Source of the DNA: Rhizobiaceae bacterium
Lineage (GTDB): Bacteria; Pseudomonadota; Alphaproteobacteria; Rhizobiales; Rhizobiaceae
Length of the DNA stretch: 64,000 nt
Direction of reading: 5' to 3'
NCBI GenBank assembly: GCA_051009575.1
Contig: JBPCWL010000011.1
Location: forward strand, 3,792 to 67,791
Numbering within the stretch: the first letter of the stretch is position 1; each line of letters begins with the position of its first letter. The position numbers were made by a program, and so were the translations under genes. The notes below the pieces were generated by a model, which saw only the letters and a program-made list of their open reading frames with translations, was not told the DNA's origin and searched no databases. Shown here piece by piece: positions 43,150-55,648 of the stretch.

Positions 43150-43980
43150 ATGGAAACCGTATCCACCAATAATTCCCACGGCGGAGTTCAGGGCGTCTAC
43201 AGTCACGTCTCTTCAGCCTGTAATTGCGAAATGAAATTTTCTGTATTTGTGCCGCCGCAGGCTAAGTATGGCCCCTGCCCTGTTCTGTATTATCTTTCCG
43301 GTCTTACCTGCACCCATGCCAACGTAACTGAGAAGGGCGAGTTTCGTGCTGCGGCCAGTGAACACGGTATTATCATTGTCTGCCCGGATACTTCCCCGCG
43401 TGGCGAAGGTGTTCCGGATGAGGATGTCTATTTCTTCGGAACAGGTGCCGGATTCTATGTCGATGCGGCCGAAGCTCCCTATTCAGATCATTACAACATG
43501 TATTCCTACGTCACCCATGAACTCCCGGATGTAATTGCAGCCAACTTCAATGCCGACATGACCCGGCAATCCATCTTCGGGCACTCAATGGGAGGGCATG
43601 GAGCCCTCACGATTGCGCTCAAAAATCCCGACTCATATATTTCCGTGTCTGCCTTTGCTCCAATTTGCGCACCTTTGCGGGTTGAGTGGGGCCGTAATGC
43701 CTTTACCAAGTATTTGGGCACCGATGAATCCATCTGGCGAAACCACGACACAGTTGCATTGATCGAGGACGGAAATACTGTTCCCGAAATTCTTGTCGAT
43801 CAGGGAACCGGTGATGAATTCCTTGAAAGTGGCTTGCGCCCTGATCTCCTGGAAGCAGCATGTGAAGAATCCGGGATTTTTCTCAAGCTCAACCGCCATG
43901 ACGGCTATGATCATTCCTACTATTTCATCTCAAGTTTCATGGCAGATCATATTGCCTGGCACGCGGCACGTTTTGGATAG
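43150..43980 (+). CDS. fghA: S-formylglutathione hydrolase (esterase D family)
   Basis: 276 aa (LYYLSGLTCTH, GHSMGGHGAL, DHSYYFI). Confidence 0.9.
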   Translation: METVSTNNSHGGVQGVYSHVSSACNCEMKFSVFVPPQAKYGPCPVLYYLSGLTCTHANVTEKGEFRAAASEHGIIIVCPDTSPRGEGVPDEDVYFFGTGAGFYVDAAEAPYSDHYNMYSYVTHELPDVIAANFNADMTRQSIFGHSMGGHGALTIALKNPDSYISVSAFAPICAPLRVEWGRNAFTKYLGTDESIWRNHDTVALIEDGNTVPEILVDQGTGDEFLESGLRPDLLEAACEESGIFLKLNRHDGYDHSYYFISSFMADHIAWHAARFG

Positions 43981-43986
43981 CCACAC

Positions 43987-45270
43987 TTGACCTCACAAAC
44001 ACCCAATCAGGAACTGGGGAGTTGGCGTGCCTGGTTGGTCTGGTCACTTTCTGCTCTGGCCTTCAGTTATGCCTTTTTCCAGCGCGTAGCACCGAGTGTC
44101 ATGGTCTCGGACTTGATGGCGGAATTCGCGATAGGAGGAGCAGTTCTGGGAACCCTTTCAGCGCTCTATTTTTATCCTTATGTTTTGCTGCAAATTCCTC
44201 TCGGCGCTTTGATTGACCGCATAGGTGCCCGCAGGTTGCTCACAATAGCGCTTAGCATTGCCGGTATCGGATCAATTATTTTCGGAACCGCCGAGAGCCT
44301 GTATGCAGCCTATTTGGGCCGATTTTTAATCGGGATCGGTTCTGCCGTCGGATTCTTGGGGTCGTTGACGTTGGCATCCCGCTGGTTTCCACCTCATCGG
44401 TTTGCTTTTCTTTCCGGGTTGGTCATGTTTTTTGGTATGAGCGGCGGAATACTTGCCCAGGGACCACTCGCTGGCATCCTTGAATATATTGGGTGGCGAA
44501 ACGCAATGTGGAGCTTGGGCGCATTCGGAATTCTGCTGGCCATAAGTATATTTATACTTGTTCGGAATGCCCCGGAAAGCACCAATAATCAAAACAAACC
44601 AAAAGAACCGTGGTCCCAACTTTGGAATGGTCTGGCAAAGGCCTTTTCCCGTTTGGAAGTCTGGAAAATCGCGATCGTGGCATCAACCATGTCTGGTGCC
44701 ATGCTGACCATGGGTGGCTTGTGGGGAACCCCCTATTTGATCACCACCTATGGACTTGACAAAACTTACGCTGCATCCTTTGTATCTCTGATATTTGTGG
44801 GATGGGCTTTTGGCGCTCCATTCGCAGGCTGGCTATCAGACCGGATCCGCAAAAGGAAAGTCCTACTGGTCGCAGGCTCATTGGTTCTTAGCAGTTGCCT
44901 GGGCTTAATCTGCTTTGTTCCTTCACTATCATTGTGGCTCACCGTTGCAGTATTGGTGGTTTCCGGCATTTCCGGCGCAGCCATGGTCGTGTGCTTTGCA
45001 TTGGTCCGCGAAAATTCCCCTGCTGACATTGCTGGCTCCGTTTCTGGAATTGTCAACTCGCTGACCGTGGCATCAGGAGCCGTACTGCAACCGGGGGTAG
45101 GGTACATTCTGGACCATCTCTGGAATGGTACATTCGAGGGCGGTGCCCGGGTCTACACCAGTGATGATTACCGATCCGGGTTTCTTCTGATTTTAGTCAG
45201 CTGCCTGATCGGTTTTTTGATCACACTCACCTTGCGTGAAAGCAAGTTTACAAATGTCCCACAAGATTGA
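43987..45270 (+). CDS. MFS transporter
   Basis: 427 aa with about 12 TM segments and the MFS loop motif (GALIDRIGARRLL). It has a TTG start. Confidence 0.8.
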   Translation: MTSQTPNQELGSWRAWLVWSLSALAFSYAFFQRVAPSVMVSDLMAEFAIGGAVLGTLSALYFYPYVLLQIPLGALIDRIGARRLLTIALSIAGIGSIIFGTAESLYAAYLGRFLIGIGSAVGFLGSLTLASRWFPPHRFAFLSGLVMFFGMSGGILAQGPLAGILEYIGWRNAMWSLGAFGILLAISIFILVRNAPESTNNQNKPKEPWSQLWNGLAKAFSRLEVWKIAIVASTMSGAMLTMGGLWGTPYLITTYGLDKTYAASFVSLIFVGWAFGAPFAGWLSDRIRKRKVLLVAGSLVLSSCLGLICFVPSLSLWLTVAVLVVSGISGAAMVVCFALVRENSPADIAGSVSGIVNSLTVASGAVLQPGVGYILDHLWNGTFEGGARVYTSDDYRSGFLLILVSCLIGFLITLTLRESKFTNVPQD

Positions 45271-45404
45271 ATTTGTATATGTCTCAGCTAAATTGACGTT
45301 TACGGAAGAACCTTATACTTTCTAAAACATAACATTGCCCCCCAGACACAAAAGTTCTGATACTTAAGTCTGGGTCGGGTTCCATATTCTTGGAGGGGAA
45401 CTAC

Positions 45405-47135
45405 ATGGCAGCCAAAACGCCTGCAAAGAAGCCTGCCAAAAAGGCAGCAGTAAAGAAAACACCAGCAAAATCAAAAGCGGCCAATAAAATCTGGCTGGAT
45501 TCCTATCCGCCGGGAGTTAATCCCGAAATTGGAGAATTACAGTACGCTTCTGTCGCAGCATTGATCGAAGATGCCTGCCGCAATTATTCTTCAAATCCTG
45601 CCTTTACCTGCATGGGTAAGACAATCACCTATAGTGATGTAGAGCGCCTGTCTTCGATTATTGGCGGATGGCTTCAGTCAAAAGGTCTTGAAAAAGGTGA
45701 TCGCGTTGCGATCATGATGCCCAATATTTTACAATACTCCGTCGTCCTTCCGGCAGTTTTGCGGGCTGGCTACACGGTAGTGAATGTGAACCCTCTTTAT
45801 ACGCCACGTGAGCTGGAACATCAGCTGAACGACAGCGGAGCGAAAGCAATATTCGTTCTTGAAAATTTCGCAACGACTGTCGAGGAAGTTCGCAACAAGG
45901 TTGGCGTCGAACATATCGTTGTGACCAGCATGGGCGACATGCTGGGCGGCCTCAAAGGTATGCTGGTGAATTTTGTTGTCCGGAAAGTCAAAAAAATGGT
46001 GCCAGACTGGTCGCTTCCCGAACACCATTCACTCAAGGATATCATGAATGGGCCAACTCAGTTAAAACCGGTTGAAGTAGGTCATGACGATGTTGCGTTT
46101 CTGCAATACACCGGCGGCACAACCGGAGTTTCCAAGGGAGCCACGTTGCTTAACCGAAACGTTCTGTCGAACGCAGCGCAAAACGATGAATGGATGAAGG
46201 CGATTGACCAGATGCCGGCTAATCCGATCTATATTTGCGCCTTGCCGCTTTATCATATCTTTGCACTTACCGTGAATTTGATTATGGGAATGCGCCTTGG
46301 CGCGCATAACGTCCTGATTCCAAATCCGCGGGATATTCCCGGATTTGTAAAGGAGCTTTCCAACTGGAATTACCACGTACTTCCAGGCCTCAACACGCTA
46401 TTTAATGCGCTGTTGAACAATGATGATTTCTTGGCCCTGAATTTCAGCAATTTGAAACTTACGCTAGGCGGAGGTATGGCGGTTCAACAACCGGTAGCCG
46501 AACGCTGGACGGAAGTAACCGGTTGCAACGTTTCTGAGGGATATGGACTTTCTGAAACCTCTCCGGTTGCAACAGCAAACCGGTTTGACGCTGATCGTTT
46601 CTCGGGTACCATAGGTCTGCCGCTTCCATCCACCGATATCGTTATTCGTGATGAAGACGGAAAGGATGTCAAATTGGGTGAAGTCGGTGAGATCTGCATC
46701 CGCGGTCCACAAGTAATGGCGGGTTATTGGAACCGTCCTGACGAAACTGAGAAAGTCATGTCTGACGACGGCTTCTTCAAATCCGGTGACATGGGATTCA
46801 TGAACGAAACCGGCCAAACCAAGATCGTTGATCGCAAGAAGGATATGATCCTCGTTTCCGGATTTAACGTTTACCCAAATGAAGTCGAAGAGGTTGCGGC
46901 CACGCATGATGGTATTCTTGAAGCTGCAGCTGTCGGCATTCCCCACCCGCATTCTGGCGAAGTTGTTAAGCTATTCGTGGTGAAATCAGACCCTGAACTT
47001 ACGGAACAGAACGTCAAGGACTGGTGCGCGAAGGGCCTGACGAATTACAAGCGTCCTCAGCAGATTGAGTTTCGGGATGATTTACCAAAATCTAATGTCG
47101 GGAAAATACTGCGCCGCGAATTACGCGACGAATAA
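45405..47135 (+). CDS. fadD: Long-chain-fatty-acid--CoA ligase with a Lys/Ala/Pro-rich N-terminal tail
   Basis: The ATG at 45405 follows GGAGGGG. AMP-binding motifs are present (LQYTGGTTGVSKGA, GYGLSETSP, the FadD signature region). The N-terminus reads AAKTPAKKPAKKAAVKKTPAKSKAANK before the usual KIWLDSYPPGV. Confidence 0.85.
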   Translation: MAAKTPAKKPAKKAAVKKTPAKSKAANKIWLDSYPPGVNPEIGELQYASVAALIEDACRNYSSNPAFTCMGKTITYSDVERLSSIIGGWLQSKGLEKGDRVAIMMPNILQYSVVLPAVLRAGYTVVNVNPLYTPRELEHQLNDSGAKAIFVLENFATTVEEVRNKVGVEHIVVTSMGDMLGGLKGMLVNFVVRKVKKMVPDWSLPEHHSLKDIMNGPTQLKPVEVGHDDVAFLQYTGGTTGVSKGATLLNRNVLSNAAQNDEWMKAIDQMPANPIYICALPLYHIFALTVNLIMGMRLGAHNVLIPNPRDIPGFVKELSNWNYHVLPGLNTLFNALLNNDDFLALNFSNLKLTLGGGMAVQQPVAERWTEVTGCNVSEGYGLSETSPVATANRFDADRFSGTIGLPLPSTDIVIRDEDGKDVKLGEVGEICIRGPQVMAGYWNRPDETEKVMSDDGFFKSGDMGFMNETGQTKIVDRKKDMILVSGFNVYPNEVEEVAATHDGILEAAAVGIPHPHSGEVVKLFVVKSDPELTEQNVKDWCAKGLTNYKRPQQIEFRDDLPKSNVGKILRRELRDE

Positions 47136-47288
47136 ATTCGCCCTGCAGTAAAAATAAAGGCCTGTCATCAAACAGAAGGCGGGCTTTTTCATTTAAGTTA
47201 TTCCGCAATCAGAAACAGTAACCGAGTTTCTGACCCGCAGGACCTAATCAGATTAAATGTTTATCGCTAATTCAGGCAAACTTCTGAT

Positions 47289-47714
47289 TTAGTGGGAAGA
47301 ACTTCCGGTGGCTACCCGGATCGCCTCACGGCTTTCCTCGAGTAGATCCAGTGCAGACTGTGCTGCAGCCTTCTTTTCATCAGTATCAGCATCAGCCACA
47401 TCTTCGCGAGCATCCTGGATTTGCGATTCCAGGTCATCCATATTGAAATCAGCCAGGGAAACAGCTTGTTCAGCCAAAAGTGTGAAGCCGGATGGAGAAA
47501 CATCAGCAAAACCGCCACGCACAAAAATCTGACTTGTTTCACCGTCCGCCATTTTTACATCAACTACGCCCGGTTTGACAGTTGACATAAACGGAGCATG
47601 GTTTGCCAGCACTGTGAAGTAACCTTCAGTACCAGGGACAACCACTTCAGACGCTTCACCCGAAAGCACCAGTGCTTCCGGTGAAACAAGTTCAAATGAA
47701 AACGGCTCAGCCAT
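47289..47714 (-). CDS. atpC: F0F1 ATP synthase subunit epsilon
   Basis: 141 aa in the position after atpD (FELVSPEALVLSGEASEVVVPGTEGYFTVL). Confidence 0.9.
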   Translation of the reverse strand: MAEPFSFELVSPEALVLSGEASEVVVPGTEGYFTVLANHAPFMSTVKPGVVDVKMADGETSQIFVRGGFADVSPSGFTLLAEQAVSLADFNMDDLESQIQDAREDVADADTDEKKAAAQSALDLLEESREAIRVATGSSSH

Positions 47715-47750
47715 AATTCAGTTCCCAGTTAGCCTGGAAGCAGCGCAAGA

Positions 47751-50137
<2,387 letters not shown>

Positions 50138-50177
50138 ATTTGTTGTCCGTTAAGGCTTTCTTTCTAGATCAGGTTAC

Positions 50178-51707
50178 TTATGCAAAGCTCTTTGCAAATG
50201 CTTCGATTGCCGACTTCAGTTTGTCGGTCAGGTCATCATCAAGAGCCTGCTTTTCAGCAATGGCATCAAGCAGATCCTGATGTTCGGTACGCAGCGATGC
50301 CAGAAGACCGGCCTCGAAAGCACCAACTTGGCGAACCTCCAATTCATCCAGGAAGCCGTTTACACCTGCAAAAATGACTGCAACCTGCTCTTCGGTTTTC
50401 AACGGAGAGAATTGGGGTTGCTTAAGCAATTCCGTCAAACGGGATCCCCGGTTCAGCAAACGTTGGGTCGCAGCATCAAGGTCGGAACCGAACTGCGCAA
50501 AGGCGGCCATTTCACGATACTGGGCAAGCTCACCCTTGATGGAACCTGCAACCTGTTTCATCGCCTTGACCTGAGCGGCAGATCCCACTCGGGAAACAGA
50601 AAGGCCGACGTTCACAGCCGGGCGGATACCCTGGAAGAACAGATCTGTCTCAAGGAAGATCTGGCCATCGGTGATTGAAATCACGTTTGTCGGAATAAAT
50701 GCCGAAACGTCATTACCCTGTGTTTCAATAACCGGCAGAGCTGTCAGGGAGCCAGCACCATTATCTTCATTCATTTTCGCAGAACGCTCAAGAAGACGGG
50801 AATGAAGATAGAAAACATCCCCTGGGTAAGCCTCACGACCCGGAGGACGGCGAAGCAGGAGCGACATCTGACGATAGGCAACAGCTTGTTTGGAAAGATC
50901 ATCGTATCCGATCAATGCGTGCATGCCGTTGTCGCGGAAGTATTCACCCATAGCACAACCGGCAAATGGTGCGAGAAACTGCATAGGAGCGGGATCAGAA
51001 GCCGTCGCTGCAATAATCACAGAATATTCAAGTGCACCGCGCTCCTCGAGAACTTTTACAAACTGGGCAACGGTAGAGCGTTTCTGTCCGACCGCAACAT
51101 ATACACAATAAAGCTTGTCATTTTCCCGGCCGGCATCATGGGCAGGTTTCTGGTTCAGGAAAGTGTCGAGAATGATAGCAGTTTTACCGGTCTGACGGTC
51201 GCCAATAACCAGTTCGCGTTGTCCACGGCCCACCGGAATTAGCGCATCAATCGCTTTCAACCCTGTTGCCATTGGTTCGTGCACGGATTTACGAGGCATG
51301 ATACCCGGTGCTTTTACATCCACACGGGAACGTTGTTTTGCCTTGATTGGTCCTTTACCATCGATCGGGTTGCCAAGCGCATCAACAACACGACCCAGAA
51401 GTTCTTTACCGACCGGCACGTCAACGATTGAGCCGGTTCGTTTTACAGTGTCACCTTCCTTGATGCCACGGTCATCACCGAAAAGCACCACACCGACGTT
51501 GTCGGTTTCCAGGTTAAGTGCCATGCCGGCAATACCGCCCGGAAACTCTACAAGCTCACCAGCCTGCACATTATCAAGGCCGTAAACACGGGCGATACCG
51601 TCACCGACGGAAAGCACTTGGCCGACTTCTGAAACTTCAGCTTCTTTGCCGAAATTCTTGATTTGATCTTTGAGAATTGCGGAAACTTCCGCTGCACGAA
51701 TATCCAT
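50178..51707 (-). CDS. atpA: F0F1 ATP synthase subunit alpha
   Basis: [20 protein letters not shown] from the ATG at 51707, 1 nt after the atpH stop. Walker A GDRQTGKT is present. Confidence 0.95.
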   Translation of the reverse strand: MDIRAAEVSAILKDQIKNFGKEAEVSEVGQVLSVGDGIARVYGLDNVQAGELVEFPGGIAGMALNLETDNVGVVLFGDDRGIKEGDTVKRTGSIVDVPVGKELLGRVVDALGNPIDGKGPIKAKQRSRVDVKAPGIMPRKSVHEPMATGLKAIDALIPVGRGQRELVIGDRQTGKTAIILDTFLNQKPAHDAGRENDKLYCVYVAVGQKRSTVAQFVKVLEERGALEYSVIIAATASDPAPMQFLAPFAGCAMGEYFRDNGMHALIGYDDLSKQAVAYRQMSLLLRRPPGREAYPGDVFYLHSRLLERSAKMNEDNGAGSLTALPVIETQGNDVSAFIPTNVISITDGQIFLETDLFFQGIRPAVNVGLSVSRVGSAAQVKAMKQVAGSIKGELAQYREMAAFAQFGSDLDAATQRLLNRGSRLTELLKQPQFSPLKTEEQVAVIFAGVNGFLDELEVRQVGAFEAGLLASLRTEHQDLLDAIAEKQALDDDLTDKLKSAIEAFAKSFA

Positions 51708-51708
51708 G

Positions 51709-52269
51709 TTAGCCGACCTCTTTGAGTGCAAGCTTTAGTGAAGAAAGACGGGTCTTGAGAGATGTATCAATCTGTCTTGAACCGACTTTCACGATCATTC
51801 CGCCGAGTATCGACGGGTCGAGGGTTGCATTGATAGCAACCTCTTTGCCAACCACACTTTTCAGTGCGGCTTTCAATTCTTTACTTTGTGCTGTTGAAAG
51901 CGCCTTGGCAACTGTTACATCAGCGGTTGTTTCGCCACGATGTTCCGCAGCCAGCTTTCGATAAGCTGATAGCATTCCGGGCATGGCAAACAGGCGACGG
52001 TTCTTTGCCACCACCCGCACAAAGTTTCCAACCAATCCTGTGATTTTCGCCTTGGATAACACTGCATCCACAGCACGGAATTGGTCATCAGCGGAAAAAA
52101 CCGGAGATACAACCAACCTCTTCAGGTCGTCGCTTCCATTCATTAGCGCTTCAAACCGCTTTAGGTCTTTTTCTACAGCCGGAATTTTTTTCTCGGACAA
52201 CGCAAGATCAAACAACGCTGAAGCGTATCTTGCAGTTACCCCGGAAGTAATCGATTCGGAATTGGCCAC
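51709..52269 (-). CDS. atpH: F0F1 ATP synthase subunit delta (OSCP)
   Basis: 186 aa, the first gene of atpHAGDC ([10 protein letters not shown]...). Confidence 0.9.
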   Translation of the reverse strand: MANSESITSGVTARYASALFDLALSEKKIPAVEKDLKRFEALMNGSDDLKRLVVSPVFSADDQFRAVDAVLSKAKITGLVGNFVRVVAKNRRLFAMPGMLSAYRKLAAEHRGETTADVTVAKALSTAQSKELKAALKSVVGKEVAINATLDPSILGGMIVKVGSRQIDTSLKTRLSSLKLALKEVG

Positions 52270-52494
52270 TGAAATATCTTTTCTGCCGTGACTTCAACAA
52301 ACTCTAAAGCATATCCCTGCCTTCGGAAATTTGTTGAAAATATTGATCTTTTTCGATTTCTGGTGACCCAGGAAAGCCATCAGCCCCTGCCTAGGTCGCG
52401 CTCCACCTAGCACAGCATTTTTGGACTCGCAACATGGCCGTAAAAAATAGTTTGGATTCGATTGTCGCATTCAACCAATGGCTAATGTATCAGC

Positions 52495-53373
52495 TCAAAT
52501 CAGACGTAGAACAATTGCAAGGATGACGATGCCGATTCCGCCTTCAAAAAGTGCTGCTGCCATATTGTAAATTGCCCATCCGCGGTCAATCGCGACCGAG
52601 AAAATCCGGCCCAATCCGGTTAAAAACCATGCTGTACCCATCACCAGAACAACAAAATCTACAGGTTGCGGCATCATCAGATAAACACTCCCGATGGCGA
52701 TATAGAATCCTGCCAGGGTCCCTCGCGTCTCCCCTTTTGCGAACGGCATGTTGACCCGCGTCTGGAGTTTGAGAATTCTAAGTGCCGTATCAGGCAGAAA
52801 CAAAGCAATCAGTCCAAGAACAAGGGTTAGCAAGGCCACCAGCAGCAAAATCAGATCTTTGAAGGAATTGGGAACCATACAAGATGAAAGGGTTTCTTCG
52901 ATACAAACAAGATAGGGTACATCCGTAACACTCCAGGCAAGAGCAGATAATCCTGCCGCGATGAGAAAACGAGCCTGGATCCGTTTCCGCCGGAAGCCGG
53001 AATCCAGCAACATTTGAAGAAGACGACCAATTGCAGCAACGGTCCAGGCTAAGGCCAGCATCAGATTGAGACCCGGTTGCAATGCAATTGGATCCTGTAA
53101 CAACAGGCAACCTAACCCGATTGCCAACACAGCACCGGCAAAACTGGAGCGCCCTTCTCCCATTGCTTCTGGATTGCCCGGCACCGGCTCCAGTCCCATG
53201 AAATGCAATATCCGACGGGGCATCGCCGCAAACGCAAGTCCCAGCAGGATCGTCAGAGCCGGTACAAACATCACGAGAAAATCATGCGCATTTTGGGGAA
53301 AGGTGAAAGTCATTATGAATTGATTCGGACATTTCTCATCCGTGCTGATATCAAAACAATCAGCCTGGAACAA
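52495..53373 (-). CDS. Integral membrane protein made of two tandem homologous ~125-aa 4-TM halves
   Basis: The two halves align: LTILLGLAFAAMP...GEGRSSFAGAVLAIG...AWTVAAIGRLLQMLLDSG versus LTLVLGLIALFLP...GETRGTLAGFYIAIG...AWFLTGLGRIFSVAIDRG. The alternative start at 53313 (MTFTFPQ) is more plausible, because 53373 leaves only 14 nt to the divergent gene. Confidence 0.6.
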   Translation of the reverse strand: MFQADCFDISTDEKCPNQFIMTFTFPQNAHDFLVMFVPALTILLGLAFAAMPRRILHFMGLEPVPGNPEAMGEGRSSFAGAVLAIGLGCLLLQDPIALQPGLNLMLALAWTVAAIGRLLQMLLDSGFRRKRIQARFLIAAGLSALAWSVTDVPYLVCIEETLSSCMVPNSFKDLILLLVALLTLVLGLIALFLPDTALRILKLQTRVNMPFAKGETRGTLAGFYIAIGSVYLMMPQPVDFVVLVMGTAWFLTGLGRIFSVAIDRGWAIYNMAAALFEGGIGIVILAIVLRLI

Positions 53374-53387
53374 ATGAAAGCAGCCAA

Positions 53388-54032
53388 TTGGACAGGATCA
53401 CCAAAATCGAAGATGTTCAGCATGGATTGCAGGAACTGTTAAAGCAGGACCAGAACCTCGTGCCGGTCGCGAGGCGCGCTGGCTCTCCGCCCCTACGCCT
53501 GCAAAAACCGGGGTTTGAGGGCCTTGCTCGAATAATCATTGGCCAACAGGTCTCCCGCGCCTCCGCATCAGCAATCCATGCAAGATTCATTGAACAGATT
53601 TCTCCCCAGACACCTGATGCATTTTTGAAAGCAGGCGAAGCAGTGTGGATCGCTATTGGTTTGTCGAGGGCTAAACAAAATACCCTTTCCAATCTCAGCG
53701 AGGCCATCCTTGCCGGCAATCTGTTGATTGACAATTTGACGGACATGCCGGCGCAGGACGCATTAAACCAATTAACGACGCTCAAAGGTATTGGGCCATG
53801 GACCGCCGAAGTGTATCTTCTGTTTAGTGTCGGCCATCCTGATATATTTCCAGCCGGTGATCTTGCCCTGCAGGAGGGAATTCGCCATGCTTTCAACCTT
53901 CAGGAAAGGCCAAACGAAAAAGAAACCAGGAACATCGCTGAAAAATGGAAACCTCTAAGGGGTATAGCCGCGCGGCTTTTTTGGTCATATTATGGGGTAA
54001 TAAGAAATGGACAGGATGCACTGCCACTTTGA
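53388..54032 (+). CDS. alkA: DNA-3-methyladenine glycosylase II family protein (HhH-GPD)
   Basis: LKGIGPWTAEVYLLFSVGHPDIFPAGDLALQ (HhH-GPD with a catalytic Asp region). It has a TTG start. Confidence 0.8.
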   Translation: MDRITKIEDVQHGLQELLKQDQNLVPVARRAGSPPLRLQKPGFEGLARIIIGQQVSRASASAIHARFIEQISPQTPDAFLKAGEAVWIAIGLSRAKQNTLSNLSEAILAGNLLIDNLTDMPAQDALNQLTTLKGIGPWTAEVYLLFSVGHPDIFPAGDLALQEGIRHAFNLQERPNEKETRNIAEKWKPLRGIAARLFWSYYGVIRNGQDALPL

Positions 54033-54165
54033 ATTCAATGCAATGCATTATCTGGAAAGGAGAAAACGCTTTCAAGACAAATAGTTACGCGAGTAATAAC
54101 ACTGTCACAATTTCCTGTGAAACAGGATCCGCAATCCCATTGCGATTCGGTTCGGGGAGGGATCA

Positions 54166-54723
54166 GTGTCAATAATGTCATCACCGGAAGCACATCCGGC
54201 CCTTGTTTTGAATGCGGATTTCCGGCCATTGAGCTATTATCCACTTTCATTGTGGTCATGGCAGGACGCCATTAAGGCGGTATTCCTGGACCGTGTGAAC
54301 ATAGTTGCAGAATATGATCTTCAGGTTTCCAGCCCTTCCTTTGCCATGCAGTTGCCAAGCGTGGTCAGTCTCAAGAGCTACATCCGGCCTTCCAAAACTC
54401 CCGCATTTACTCGTTTCAACGTATTTCTGCGTGACAAATTTGAATGCCAGTATTGCAGTGATACCGGTGAATTGACATTTGACCATGTAATTCCCCGCTC
54501 AAAAGGTGGCATTACCTCCTGGAAAAATGTCTGCGCTGCCTGTTCGCCCTGCAATCTCCGTAAGGGAAATAAAATGCCAAAAGAAGTTGGCATGTTCCCG
54601 CGGCAGAAACCGTATATTCCAACCGTTGAAAACCTTCACCGCAATGGTAGGAAGTTTCCGCCCAATCACCTGCATGAAAGCTGGATGGACTTTCTCTACT
54701 GGGACACCGAACTCGAACCATAA
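54166..54723 (+). CDS. HNH endonuclease family protein
   Basis: CQYCSDTGELTFDHVIPRSKGGITSWKNVCAACSPCNLRKGNK. The ATG at 54175 is a possible alternative start. Confidence 0.8.
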   Translation: MSIMSSPEAHPALVLNADFRPLSYYPLSLWSWQDAIKAVFLDRVNIVAEYDLQVSSPSFAMQLPSVVSLKSYIRPSKTPAFTRFNVFLRDKFECQYCSDTGELTFDHVIPRSKGGITSWKNVCAACSPCNLRKGNKMPKEVGMFPRQKPYIPTVENLHRNGRKFPPNHLHESWMDFLYWDTELEP

Positions 54724-54761
54724 GACTTGTGTGGTGTAATTAATCTGGGCAGTAGTCGTTC

Positions 54762-54805
54762 AAGCTGACAGTTTTATTGCATCAGCTTAACAGTTTTCGT
54801 TTTTG
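54762..54805 (+). terminator. Candidate terminator between convergent HNH and GST genes
   Basis: AAGCTGA-13 nt-TCAGCTT followed by AACAGTTTTCGTTTTT. Confidence 0.4.
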
Positions 54806-54820
54806 ATCAGCAGGAACTAA

Positions 54821-55459
54821 TTAGTAAATTGGATCAGCAATCCACGACTTATACACGAGTTGGACACTCGGACGTTGTACAACCATGTCGGCAATGCGTT
54901 TGACATTTGGGAATTCGTCAATGTCTGGATGACCTTTGGCGGGCCTCAGCCAGGTGGTCAGCATGAACAAATATATATCAGCAGCACTAAAACAATCGCC
55001 AAGCAACCACTGATTGTTTCCGATCTGGTTTTCAATTACCTGCCACGTTTCTTTCAGCCGGCGGTTTCCACGCAACTGTGCGCCTGTTTCATTGGCAGGG
55101 GTATCGGTAAACCGATCCGGGTAATAGGTGAGTTGAAATGCATTTTGTACAGAGTTTGAAAAGTAAACGAGCGTCTGCAGGTATATCGCACGTTTTGGAT
55201 CATCAATCGCAGGCGCAAGACTCGCTTCTGCATGCCGATCGCACAAAAAAAACGTGATAGCTGCGCACTCATACATCGCACCGTCTTCCCATACCAGAAC
55301 CGGAACCCACCCGTTGGGATTGATGGCCAATTGTTCTGGAGGACGGGGCTTGTCCATTTCTACTGACGTCTGAATGAGTTCATAGGGCGTTCCAATTTCC
55401 TCCAATATCACCCGAATTCCCATCGATGCGCTCTTTAGAGCATAGAAAAGTTTGTACAT
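54821..55459 (-). CDS. Glutathione S-transferase
   Basis: 212 aa with an N-terminal thioredoxin-like GST domain (YALKSASMGIRVILEEIG...PNGWVPVL) and a C-terminal helical domain. Confidence 0.8.
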   Translation of the reverse strand: MYKLFYALKSASMGIRVILEEIGTPYELIQTSVEMDKPRPPEQLAINPNGWVPVLVWEDGAMYECAAITFFLCDRHAEASLAPAIDDPKRAIYLQTLVYFSNSVQNAFQLTYYPDRFTDTPANETGAQLRGNRRLKETWQVIENQIGNNQWLLGDCFSAADIYLFMLTTWLRPAKGHPDIDEFPNVKRIADMVVQRPSVQLVYKSWIADPIY

Positions 55460-55648
55460 GTTTTCGCGCTCCTACCAGAGCCAAATTCCGGCTTGGATTC
55501 TTGCTTCAACCCAGTATTAAAACTGTCAGACTATTAACAAAATGGCAGCAGGGTACAAGGGAGGACCAACAGCCTACCCATTTAAATTTCCTGAATGGAA
55601 AATTCTTTCGCAAGCGCGGCCTTGCATCTTGGGCATCACGTCTCCGTA

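Noticed and set aside
47210-47232. Hairpin CAGAAAC-N9-GTTTCTG between convergent fadD and atpC
   Set aside because: There is no adjacent T-tract on either strand. The nearby GGCGGGCTTTTT (47178-47189) lacks a convincing 5' stem. I could not define a terminator with confidence.
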